From positions 17,050,001-17,114,000 of the forward strand of contig OZ076412.1 in assembly GCA_964187785.1 (NCBI GenBank): 64,000 nucleotides of DNA, written 5' to 3'. Origin of the DNA: Amphiscolops sp. MND2022 (lineage: Eukaryota). The notes under the pieces were generated by a model. The model was not told the origin of the DNA. It made no database searches and saw only the letters and a program-made list of their open reading frames with translations. Both the position numbers and the translations under genes were made by a program. Of the stretch, positions 1 through 11,500 are shown piece after piece (positions within the stretch are counted from its first letter, which is position 1; each line of letters opens with the position of its first letter).

Positions 1-430
1 TTGTACTTGGCTAAGAAGTTTGTTTTTATTTAAATATTCCATTATTTGTTCTCTAATGACTTTCTCGAAAATTTTCGATATTGCAGCCGTTATAGATATG
101 GGTCTATAATTAGATGGATCTTCAGTATCACCTTTTTTTGAAAACCGGGCAGACATCAGCTCTTTTGCATTCATTAGGGAACCTACCTTCATCCAAGAAA
201 GCATTTATCAAAAAGCACAGTGGTTCGGCAATCGTGCTGATAGAATCTTTAAGAGCCCAAGCTGGTATTTCGGACGGTCCTAAAGGTTTACAAGGGTCTA
301 GTTCTTTTAGAAATTTTTTACAAGTGTAGATGCTGATGGGTTCAAATTCGAACATCAGACTCTTGCTCGTGGCAATTTCCTTGTTACTACTATACGGAAT
401 TTGCTTTGAACCTAAGTAGTCACCAAGTTT
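1..430 (-). mobile_element. Non-LTR retrotransposon (LINE, CR1/L2/Jockey-like) ORF2 fragment, N-terminal edge of the RT domain, frameshifted
   Basis: Minus strand reads NFIKLGDYLG...LKELDPCKPLGPSEIPAWALKD...PLCFLINAFLDEGRFPNECKRADVCPVFKK, then after one extra A in an A-run (about 132-138) GDTEDPSNYRPISITAAISKIFEKVIREQIMEYLNKNKLLSQVQ. This is the LINE pre-RT signature GPD.IP / FP..WK.A.V.P.FKK / NYRPIS. It runs off the window edge; the 5' boundary is approximate. Confidence 0.88.
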
Positions 431-663
431 AATAAAATTACCATTTTGCTATAGGTTGAGATAGTAAACGTCAAATTTGGCAATTTAATTCAGTTCAACT
501 CCCTTTTCTCGAAACACCACAGTACATTGTTTTGGTATTTGCACATTCCCAATCTTCCAGTGAACATGATAATTTTGTTTAGGATATGAAGCATTTGAAT
601 GGAATAGTTAGTTGGCTGTCGACCTATCGAAGGAATTGCATGTGTTGGTGTTGTGTATTTCAG

Positions 664-876
664 CAATCAGCAAAAGTTGTCGCACTTTTTGGCTGATTCC
701 ATGCAGAATTTGCACAGCAACGACCTGCTGCACAGAGCCAAGGTGTCAATGGACGATTTCTCGGATGGTGGCAAGCACTCGGAGGAACGAGACGAGAGGC
801 CTGTTTCTCCCACCTGCGCAGCCATTCTCACCCAAACTGCTTTGTCCCTTGTCGAGTCTGTCGGCATTGATGAACT
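664..876 (+). CDS. GAPVD1: GAPVD1/RME-6-like gene, internal coding exon A
   Basis: Acceptor tatttcag ends at 663; donor gtgagt at 877. 213 nt, phase 2 to phase 2, GC-richer than the flanks. Encodes NQQKLSHFLADS...SLVESVGIDEL and joins in frame to exon 2843. Confidence 0.7.
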
Positions 877-1639
877 GTGAGTACTGTTTTTAACCACCGC
901 TTTTGGATAGCAATGCTCGTCAAGTCTAAACAAGACTGCTCTTTTGCGCATTACTGATGAAAGTGTTCAACTTTTAGTCGGCTCCTCTTTTGATTAAAAA
1001 TGCTGACTATAGTAGTGGCTGCTTTTTTTAAAAAGACCACTCCACCTGACACATTTTATAACTCTTCATTTCTTTCTCCTTCGTTGTCCCGCAACTTCAC
1101 TTGCGACTTGACCTAACAGGGTTATCGCAGGCGGACGTGCATGGTGACTATAATACTAGCTGATGACCAGCGTTTTGCAAAGGTTGACGACACCAAAGGG
1201 TCTTCTTTGGATTTTCTGATGTTTTCAGCTAGGGAAAAGTTTATAGGACCCCCTTCAGTTGTTTCTTTAAAGCCGCTCATGGCCATTTTAGAAGACTTTT
1301 TCACCCTCCAGCGAGGTGTCGACTCTAGACTGCCTCGTTTTCTCGGACCAAAAACTTTTTGTTTGAGATGGTGATTTTTCCAAACCTTCGCGGCTCATAG
1401 ATTGATTTTCGCGTCCCATCAATGAAAAGAGCGTGAAATGAATAAACTCAGCCAAGAGACGTCATTTGGAAAATTGGGCATAACTTGATAGCTGCTTTTC
1501 AGCCATTGGTTTGACATAAAATGGTATCTAGTTTCTGGGGCTATAGAGAAGGACCCCATCTTCAGCAATCAGTACAACGAAAACTAATTGTTTTTAGTTG
1601 ACAAATTTTAATTAAACCAATGCACAGTTTGCTTGTCAT

Positions 1640-2640
1640 TTTCCGCCATTAATGAAATTTCTTTTTGAAAAAAGTCGCACGGAAAAACCGTGCGTCGTTT
1701 CCATAGGTATTGAGAAAACTCTCGCCAGTTCCACCGCACCAAAAAATAACCAAAGATGTCACCCTTAAGACTCGCAAAACGGTTGTCCTCATCAGAAAAT
1801 CTTTAAAAATTGTGAGAGAGTTTTTCTCAATTTTTTAAAATATGTCCGATAAGTCGCATTGTGCCGAAAGCTCTAAGGTATCTTCTATTCTCGCAAAACG
1901 ATTTCTTACTGCTAAAAATTGAAAGGGTCTTCGGAATTCCGAAAAAAAGTCACATAGTACCGAAAAAAAACAAAGGGGACCCTTTGGCCTTTCCTCTACC
2001 TTAGCATGCATAAAAACGTTTAGTGTTTTTAGTCGGCGCTTTTCTAGTGAAAAGAGCCCGACTATTACAGTGGCTAGTTTTTTTTCGTCAGACTACAATC
2101 TCACTCTGATTGGGCCACTTTTCTTACAATCGAAACTACTAAAACTACTACCATAAGGCCAAGTCCGGTCTGCGGAAATTAGTGCAAAAGGGTCCCCCTT
2201 TCATTTTTTACTTTTTTAACGTAACCTACAAAACCGGACGAGACTAAAGGGTCCCCCCTTCCGATTTTTTTCGGCATTGTGCGACTTTTTTTCGAAAATT
2301 TTTTAATGTCTCAAAAGCGTCCCCCTTTCGAGTTTTGTGATATTTTGCAACAGAATATATGTTAATAAAGCCCAAAGGCTCCCTCCTTTTACATTTTTCG
2401 GCACTGTGCGACATTTTCTGAAAGAAAAAAATTCAAAAATATCAAGTTTTTTTTCAAAAAAAAGTCTCTTGCGCTTGTTGAGCCTTAGATATAGCGCCGA
2501 CTTTAGACGTTCCCGTCTTGTTTTTCTTAAAAATGGGACCCTTTTGGTCTCTTTTACCAATGCAAATATGGGAAAAATTTGGACCAGCGTGGGATTCGAA
2601 CATGCAAACACCTGCTCCCCACGCTCTTTCACTAACCACT
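1640..2640. repeat. Dispersed non-coding repeat family (AAAGGGTCCCCCCTT / CGGCACTGTGCGAC blocks), copy in a GAPVD1 intron
   Basis: The same blocks recur at about 15860-16070, 36880-37240 and 42280-42700; no coding capacity recognised. Boundaries approximate. Confidence 0.6.
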
Positions 2641-2842
2641 ATGCTAAGTAACACCTGTGTGTTCAATATGAGTGTTCAAAATGTGGATAGTTCAGTTTGA
2701 GGCTGGAGAAAAAACTGTAATAGTCGTGTTTTTTTTCAAAACGAATTAATATGAGCTTCAACCGCCCGGTCAAGTGGATGGTTGCCTTTAATGGGGCTCC
2801 GGTGTACAGGAAACGTGTGCGTGACAGGTGTTTGAATTTTAG

Positions 2843-3104
2843 ATGTGATAAGTTGGCGGAGGACTTGGCCGTGGACAACAAGACAATTGAGGCGCACAAC
2901 TCGCAGCTGGTGAAGAGCAGACAGCAGCTGAATGGAAAGATGCAGCTGATCAGTGCCAAGACCAAGCAGGTGATGGCCGAGTGTGTGCGACTGCAGCAGC
3001 ACATGTTCACAAGACTGGCCGCTTGTCTGCTCTCCTGTCTCCACGCGGACATCAGAGCCCTGCAAGAGGACATGCTGAAGAACAACCTGGAAATGGGCAA
3101 ACAG
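2843..3104 (+). CDS. GAPVD1: GAPVD1/RME-6-like gene, internal coding exon B (helical region upstream of VPS9)
   Basis: Acceptor aattttag ends at 2842; donor gtaggt at 3105; phase 2 to 0. CDKLAEDLAVDNK..LVKSRQQL...LLSCLHADIRALQEDMLK resembles GAPVD1 CRKLLASIAEDY..LTRCRQGL...LLESKEKKIREFIQDFQK (recalled sequence, aligned by eye). Confidence 0.78.
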
Positions 3105-3630
3105 GTAGGTTGTCACTGGTCGCCGATAAGCGGGAACCTCGTTCAAATCAAAGGACAGAAAAGTGGTAGAAAACAACTCGCTGAATACCCCTAGTCAAAA
3201 TTAGAGGACAGAAAAGTGATCGAAGCATTAAATAGTTACACACTCGTCGAATAATTGCACATTCGCTTTTAATTAGCTGTTAGCAACCTACCCGAAAAGC
3301 ACTTCTAATGAAATTTATGGTGAAGTTATAATTATGGATTAATTTTTCATCATTGATGCGTGAAATTTACGCATAATATAGCATTTTTACCTAAATAATT
3401 GCATGAAATTACTTAGTTTTACGTTACGAAGTTTAATATTGTTGTTCATAATGCAGTTCCATCACAAATATAAAACTTATACTTGGCAATTTTAGTGTAC
3501 TTTGCGACAAGTTTTCCGTTGTAGTATTTTCGGCGAGTTGTTTTCGACCAGTTATCGGCGAATTTTCTTACATTGTCACTGACCTCTCACACTTTGACCA
3601 TTATATTGTTCATCTTTGACTAGTGATGAC

Positions 3631-5452
3631 TAGGAACCGAAATTTTCGGCGCTTTTTTTCATTTTTCGGCGGCGGTGTTAGCACCCGTTTTCGGCGTTAA
3701 AAAAAGTGACTTCGGCGAAGAATTAAATTGATGAATTATAACGTAAAAACATGTATTTATCAACATTCTCATCCAAAATGTTTGGCCGATCGCTCAAAAA
3801 CGAATTTAAAATTGAAAAAAGTCTCTCAACGTCAATGTTTTGTGCGGGCGCAAACGAGTATGCAACAATTTGTTGAGGGTCTGTCACTCCAATGCCTCTT
3901 GCTAATTGAGCCGCTTTCTGCAGACCATCATTTTTGGCGACAACCTCGTTCAGTTTGTTCAAAGCAACTTCAGCAACTGAATTTTTTGGTTCCAAATTTG
4001 CGGGGTCAATTAATTTTTCTGTCATTTTTTGAATGGCAATTTCTGCTTTTGGAATTGTGTAATTTCTGGCCTCCGATTCTGTAATGTATCCACATAAAAA
4101 TTCCACGTTGTGTACATAACCAATACGGGCAATAATATCAGGTTTTCCCATAATTTCAATTGCATTAACTGCGCTGTCGCAATCCTCAAGGCCCTTCAAA
4201 AAATCTAGTAGAGCTTTCCAATGTTTAACCAAATAAGACACTGCGTTCAACCACGTTCCGAATCGTGTCGCAACTGGAGTTGGAAATAAAACTTTTTCCA
4301 CATTTCCATATCCCTTCCATTGTGCGCGCCTTGAAACTGATTTGAATACTGCTGTGATATATCCCAATAACATGGAAATATCTTTTTCATTAGATGCAAT
4401 TTTCGATGTAACACGCGAAATCATATTCGTAACACAGGTCACGTGAAGCACGTTCGTAAAAATAACTTTCACCTGTTTGGCACATGTGGAATTATATGAA
4501 GCATTGTCTGTGACAAATAACCGAAATTTCTCATACTCTGTAGCCAAGCCCACTTTAGCAAGAGCCCGCATCAACTTCTGATGGACGATAACCGAGTTTG
4601 GTGCCTGGTGTCCAACTGTGATTTCAATTAAGTATGGGGGCTTGGGGTCACTTCCCAGCTCACCAACAAGAAATGTAAAGTATTTTTTCCATTGTAATCA
4701 GCTTCGTCAAACATAACATAAAATGACTCAAAATTCTTGACAATATCTGTGAGTAATTCTAGTTTAGACTCGTAATTGTTTTTAATGCAACTCGTTTGCA
4801 TTGTTTTCGAAGTTGGATTGTTCGCCTCATGTTTTTTTCATGAAATTTTTTAGCCCTTCATTATCCAACGCGTGCAATGGTAATCCGGCGCCCATCCAAG
4901 TATTTACAAGGTCTCGGTTGAACTGATCTTCGACTGAAAAATGCATCTTTTATTCTGTTATTATAAATTCTTATATAAAAATAATATAATGCAAAGAATG
5001 GCTTACCCTGAATTCCCGATCCCCTCAATTGTAATGTGGTTTGACGCTTCTGTTGAAGACTTAAAGCCCGGGAGTGTCCAGTCCAGCGTATATGATCCGA
5101 GACATGATTTGTTTTTTCACATCGAACGATTTGCCACATAGGGAACAAAGTACTTTAAATCCATCTGTTGGTGTGGTAGATAGTATTTCCAAACATTTAT
5201 GTGATGCAATTTAGGACTTTAAGGTAACATATGATGCAGCTCGAGACATTGCACTGGTCTGAAATAGTTGACTGTAATGTAATAGTAAGTAAACAAACAC
5301 GCAACAAGACTGTTTGACGCTTGTTAAGCAAACGCACGCTGGCCGCCTATTCAATTTTAACAATTAATTGCCAAATTATCCCATTGGCTGTTTTCGGCGG
5401 TTAGATGACCTTATTCGGCGTTTTCGGCAACCGCCGAGAATTTCGGTTCCTA
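3631..5452 (-). mobile_element. hAT DNA transposon (CGGBP-related group), complete ends, 1822 bp
   Basis: 21-bp TIR TAGGAACCGAAATTTTCGGCG (3631-3651) versus the reverse complement of 5432-5452, one mismatch. Perfect 8-bp TSD GTGATGAC at 3623-3630 and 5453-5460. TTCGGC subterminal repeats at both ends; internal transposase. Confidence 0.95.
3723..5249 (-). pseudogene. hAT transposase with N-terminal C2H2-like zinc finger and a 73-nt intron; disabled by a stop and frameshifts
   Basis: ATG at 5249 (MSRAAS..) with an early TAA. CSLC...DHIRWTGH finger. GT-AG intron 5006-4934 (gtaagc...ttttcag). FNRDLVNTWMGAGLPLHALDN, VMFDEAD (first D), VTDNASYN (second D), HVTCVTN, TRFGTWLNA, DVERLFS (E). The 3723-4574 part (283 aa) is open. 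Confidence 0.88.
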
Positions 5453-7198
5453 GTGATGACCAATCTATTGCATCCACACCATAGCCGTTCAATTGATGTT
5501 CAATAATTTTCTCAATAATTAAGATTTTGCCCGTGATGTTCAGTTAAATGGAGTTTAACGGATATTTCAAACTGGAACCGACTCAACGTTTTCTGCCGAA
5601 TCGGTTGAACCGATTTATTGACGAAGAAAAAAATAGTTTAGTTGCTGATTCAGTCATTTTTTATAAATCACTGATTGGAACGCATTCAAGGAATCACTTC
5701 GTCTTTCTTTAAATGAATATGACTAGTATTGCGTGCAAGATCAGTTCGTTTTCGTACATAAAGCCGTTTCGTATCATTTTTTAGTATAAGCCATTTTGAA
5801 CCTTTTTCGATTGTAAGACAGGACAGCAATGATTTTTGTTGACACGTTGTTTGAGGTTTCGCATTGATTTTCCTTAGTTCTGAAAAAGAATTTACCGCAA
5901 ACCATGTTTGCAGAAATTCACAATAAATCCATAAAGTTAATGGCCCCATTAAATGTTGAATTTTTGTTGAAGTTTTTCTCCGTTAGGAGGTTGCGTCACT
6001 CAAAAACCTTTCCTAGCTGTTACTCTTTTAATTCTGCGTGCGGCGAAATGTCATAGAAATCGCCCATGTATGTTTTTGTTTCAGACTTATATCGTCCCAT
6101 TGTTGATCGCCAATTTTGGTAGCAGTGAGGCAGCTCTATTTCAATTCTTTAGATTGCTTATTTTCTTCTCGGAACAACGAGGCAGCGCTTTTAGTGAGAT
6201 GAAGCGAACGTGTGTAAATTATTCGTAGGCGGAGAGCTTCGCCTGTATTCAAATACGAATGCGAAACGTCTTACTCTTAGTAGTTGCATTCTTCCCATGT
6301 AACAATGCTCTTCGTCCGAAAGAATTCACAGGCTGTGTAAAGCGGTACATGTATAATTGTGCGCTATATAATGAATTATCAGGAATGTATAGTTGATTCA
6401 GATATGTTTTTATCATTATTGAACTTTAAAGTTAGCGGTGATATTAGCCTCGCTACATAAGTATTACTGAGCCCCGCAAGAGGGCCTATTTGGTCACTTT
6501 TTCGTCGGGAAATTGTAAAAAGCTGTATGGTATTTTGTTAACAATTTAATTTTACGCGATGGATTTGAAATTTTTTTGCGTTTCTCCGATGTTTTTCACA
6601 CCTCGGATGGTAATTGCTGATCTCTCACACTCGTGCAATGAACATTTCATAATTTCAAATTCTCGTTTTTTAAACAAAAATCCCTTTTAAAGTTTTTTTT
6701 ATTCTCCCCAGTTTCTGGCAACAGATACTAGAAAAGCTGGTGGAAAATACTTTCCCACTTGGCCTGGTTAACGTAAGTTTCTCTACGTGGTAAATTTCTC
6801 GCATGTGCGTGGTATCGAATCCCGCGCTAGGCGAAATTTTTTACGCTTCCAGAGGTACTTGAACGAATAAAGGATTCCCCTTAGGGTTTTACGTCACTGT
6901 GTGGCTGTGATTTTTTGGAACCAAATGGCCCCTTTCCGTTCTAACTGAAACAAAGTGTTTGGCGAACACAGAGAGCCCCTTAGGGGTTTTCAGTACTGTG
7001 CAACTTACCGAAGAAATTTTTCCACACAATTTTAATATTTTGAGGTTGTTTGTTGAGGAACACCGTTCTTCGAGTCTTAAGGGCGACCTGTTCTCTTGTT
7101 TTTCGGTCCTGTGGGACTCGAAAGAGTTTTTTCGATAGTTGTGGAATTTCTTCTTTACTCAATTTGGGCATATAAAAAACATTAAGTGAATGTTTCAG

Positions 7199-7382
7199 AG
7201 ATGCAATTTGGAAACAGTTGCTGCTTCTCTGCTGGCCAAGAGTTGTCAGGAGATGATGGAATGTAGCAACAGTAGCAGCAATGGTGCTGCAACAACAGAC
7301 TCCTCTTTCATACAGACCCAGAACAGAAACAACACCACCACCACCACCACAGTCTCAAGCACTATATCTATCACTGTTCCTG
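7199..7382 (+). CDS. GAPVD1: GAPVD1/RME-6-like gene, internal coding exon C (with S/T/N-rich low-complexity tract)
   Basis: Acceptor gtttcag ends at 7198, phase 0. A weak donor (cctg/gtgatg) at 7383 gives phase 1, which matches the exon at 16574. Encodes RCNLETVAASLLAKSCQEMMECSNSSSNGAATT...TTTTTTVSSTISITVP. Confidence 0.62.
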
Positions 7383-8303
7383 GTGATGATCATTTCTATT
7401 AGATGGAAATAGTTTTCCATAAAACGATACTGTTATTATTACATTAAGAATTCTGTTGCTCTCACCACACGGGATTGCCACTTCCAGTTATTTCAAGTAG
7501 TGTACAAAACAACAAGACGAAGGCGTCTAAAGTCGACAACCTGCTTAACGCTCAAAAAGCTCATTGAAATGCTCAGGGTGACTTGTAGGAACTTTTCGTA
7601 ACTTCCAGAGTCACAAAAATATCCGAAGGGACGACCTGTGTCCTCGAAAACACTTTTTCTAATGGAAACATCAAAGAATACCAAACGTGATAGTGAACAA
7701 TTGCATGTTTCGTTCTGAATATGATGCTTGCACTGATTACATGTTTCAGGAAACTCTTTTCAATAGAATTAGTGAACGTAAGCTTCGCACACCAGACAGC
7801 TTTGTGAAGCCTTTCACTTCGGATGAAAGCTAAAGTTAAAAAAATATATTGTTGCTCACGTGGCGACCCTCTTTTCATTGATTCAATTTGTATCTATTTA
7901 ACCCTAAATGGACGATGGTACGATTTCGTACCACTTAGTTTCTGCAAACTTCTTGAGGCACCAGCTGACCGTATGGTAAAGAAAACTCTTGAATAGAATT
8001 TTCAGACGATATTACATAGCATTGCACGCCTTTTTATGGAACATTGACTTGATGTCTCCGAAATCAAGGAAACGGGACCAAAAGATCAAAAAATTGAGCT
8101 CAGATTTCCCGTTTTTCCAATCTTCGTTTGCGGCCACATTATCCCACTGGTGTTAGGATTGAGTCGAAGTGGCCTGCATGTTTTGAAACATTGAAATGCA
8201 GTCAGAGACACGAGGCGTGCAAAGTTTTGTCGCAAAGTCCGGAGCCAGTGTGGCGAGCCCCCAGCCCAGCAGTTCAAAAAGAAAAACCAATTTGAAAGCC
8301 CTG

Positions 8304-8525
8304 TGGAAAGAATCCAAGCATTCATATATGATATTTAATTCAGTTCATTTCTGTGACTTTTTATCTCTGTCGACTTGTTCACATTTTGTTCAAACTTTCG
8401 TCACTACTTTAATTTTGGCGCCTATTTGTTGTTATACCGCTTTCTAAAAACAGTTGGTTATCAAACAATCAATTCAAGTATAGTTTTGTAAAGCCTTTTT
8501 ACACAAACTAAAACAAAACTCAACC
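8304..8525 (+). repeat. BEL-1 5' LTR
   Basis: TGGAAAGAATCC...ACTCAACC; direct repeat of 14824-15045 with six substitutions counted by eye. Confidence 0.93.
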
Positions 8526-8530
8526 TTTAT

Positions 8531-8548
8531 TGGTGCCGCGACCCGGGA
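8531..8548 (+). promoter_or_regulatory. BEL-1 primer binding site (tRNA-His-like)
   Basis: TGGTGCCGCGACCCGGGA begins 6 nt after the LTR and resembles the complement of a tRNA-His 3' end (TGGTGCCGTGAC...). Confidence 0.65.
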
Positions 8549-8565
8549 ACTATCAGAATTCAAAA

Positions 8566-11500
8566 ATGTCACAGAATTTAGCCGACCTTAAAAGAAGCGT
8601 GGCTATCAATTCGCATCCATCACAAGAAGTTCAAAGCAAGTTACTCCAATTTTGGAATTATCAACAAGCGATGTCACAGTTGACCATCTCACTACAGTTA
8701 AAGCAGTACCTGAAAGCATCACCGAAAAAACAAGTCTCATTAACACTCTCAACGATGAAATCATCCAGCAGGCCGATGAAAATGAAATTGAAGCTGAATT
8801 GGAGCTAATTGATAAAAAAGACTTCGAATTCAGGATATTGAAGAAGCAATTGGAACATATCATCGATAGCTGCAACCAAACACAAAACGAAGGGAGTGAA
8901 TCAAGTCATTCAGTTGGAGTTCCACCACACTTGGAATTACCCAAACTAGATCTACCTAAGTTCGATGGCAATTATCAGAATTGGACACCCTTCTTTGACC
9001 TTTTCAATGGATCAGTTGACTCGAACGATGGATTGCCAGAGATTCAGAATCTCCACTATCTCAAATCAAGTTTAAAAGGTGAGCCAGCAAAACTTTTGTC
9101 CCACTTACCAATCACAAGTGCAAATTATAAAGTCGCAGTAAAACTCCTGAAGAAAAGATAAGAAAACAAACGCGATTTCACGAGCTCATATTGATGCTAT
9201 TCTCAATTTCAAGCCCTTGAATCAAGAGTCTGCAGAAGGCATTCTTAGCTTAGTCAATTGTTTTGTGGAAAACACACTGGCTTTAAACGAACTTGTAAAG
9301 GAAGAAGAGCAACTCAGCTGTTTCTTAGTCAGAGTTCTGTCCCAGAAATTGGACTACCCTACACGACGTCAATGGGAACTTAATTCAATTGGAGATGAAA
9401 TCCAGACAATGAATCAATTCAAAACAGTTTTGGAGGCACGAGCAAATGCCCTTGAAGCGGCTGCTAAGTCCACAAGAAATTCAAATCAGGACAAAACTTC
9501 ACAAGAAAAACCGGTCCAAAATTACCACAGTGGCATTCAAAGCTGTCCTCAATGCAAGGCATCTCACAAACTCTTCATGTGTGATCATTTCAAACAGCTA
9601 TCCATCACAGAAAAACGAGATAGTCAAAATTTTGAAAGTTTGCTTACGTCTTGGTCACCAAACGAAAGATTGCAAGTCCAAAAATACTTGCCAGAAATGT
9701 CAGAAAAAGCATCATACCATGCTCCATGATGAGTCCATTCAGAAAACAAGCGAAAAGGTTCAAAGTAACCTTTCCACGAAGTGGGGAGACAGTTTTTGTG
9801 CACTTCTTCCTACCGCTATGGTCAACGTCATTTCATCGGACAACTCTTATCATCTCATGCAGAGCCCTTTTGGATAGTGGTTCTCAAAGCTCCTTTATCA
9901 CTGAAAGTTGCGCTCAATTACTCAACTTGAAGAGGAAAAAGCAAATGCTCCATCTGACTGGAATTGGAGATAGAAAACAAAGAACTCCAACTGCCTCAAC
10001 TCAATTTCAAAGCAAGTCAACTATTGATTCCAACAAAATCTTCAATGTTAGAGCATTCATCTTGCCAAGGTTAGCTTCAACCATGCCCTCTGTGCAAAAT
10101 CCAGAACCAATAGTTGTACCACCTGAAGTAAGTCCTTTGGCTGACACAGACGTCTTAAATCCACGTGAGATTGATCTGATCTTAGGAGCAGATATTTTCG
10201 AAGATGTTGTATTGGATGAAAAAATCATAACTAGTAATGGCCTATACTTTCGTAAACCTGAGTTTGGTTGGGTAGCATCAGGACAAACTTCTTCCAGAAA
10301 CAATCATCCCACGCAATCCTATCATGTCACTTCGGAATTCAACTTGAAAAATTTTTGGGAACTAGAACAAATTCCGACACAATCAAAACTCACGAAAGAA
10401 GAAATAGCAGGCGAAGAGCATTTCCGCGCTACTACTACTCAGGACGACAATGGCCGATTCATTGTAAAACTGCCATTTAAGAAAGAAGCTCCAAAACTAG
10501 TCTTCTGGCGAAAGTCTTCAGCAAGATCAAAGACGATTTTTCTCACTAGAAAAACGATTGCAATCAATGCCAAATACCAAGACAAAATACAAAGAATTTA
10601 TCCAAGAATTCCGTGACCTCGGTCATTTGGAGCTTGTTCCCAATGCTGACCTTGAAAAACCATGTGAGCAAGTCTTCTATCTGCCTCATCACGGCGTAGT
10701 TAAGGAAGATTCGACAACACGAAACTACGCGTTGTGTTTGACCGATCCGCAAAGTCTCAAAGTGGAACTTCATTGAATGAATCCCCGATTGTTGGCAGTA
10801 CTACACAGCCGGATTTATTCTCAACATTAATGCGATTCTGATTCCACAGAGTCGCTATCAGTGGAGATGTGGCTAAAATGTATAGACGAGTTGGTCTAGA
10901 TACAAACGATCGTGATTTTCATCGAACCTTATGGCGAGATAATCCGACCGAACCTTTACAGCACCACTTTCGTATGAGCCGTGTCACGTACGGAATAGCC
11001 TCCTCAGCCTTCCACGCCACCAGATGCCTCAAACAAGTTGCCGACCTATGTGGGGAGACACGTTTTGTGTCGTCCATTCAAAACGATTCCTACGTTGATG
11101 ATTTCTTAAGTGGTGCTTCTTCCACTGCTGAAGCCAAGGTTCTACTGCTCGGTGTGTCTGAAGAACTGCGGAAACATGGGTTTGAATTACGGAAGTGGAC
11201 ATCAAGTGATCCAGAAATCACTTTGGATCTGCCAACACATCTCCGCGAAACTGCTGAAAAAGACAAAATTTTGGATAAGGATTATCAAATAAAAACACTC
11301 GGTGTCAAATGGAAGCCAAATCTGGATGTTTTCACCTTGGAAGTCCTTCTTCTTGAACTGACAGCCTTTACGGGGCGGACATTTTTATCCGATTTGTCCA
11401 AGCTCTTTGATCCACTGGGTTGGCTCGCTCCAATCATTACCAGGTACAAGGTGCTAATGCAGGAAATTTGGACGAGGAATTCAATGGGATAAACCGCTTC

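Noticed and set aside
612-951. ORFs 612-893 (+), 667-951 (-) and similar overlapping ORFs at 2663-3176 (-)
   Set aside because: Shadow frames of GC-rich host exons with no recognisable motifs.
7190-7402. Terminal exon ending at TAG 7402
   Set aside because: Downstream VPS9 exons exist, and a phase-1 donor at 7383 joins correctly to exon 16574.
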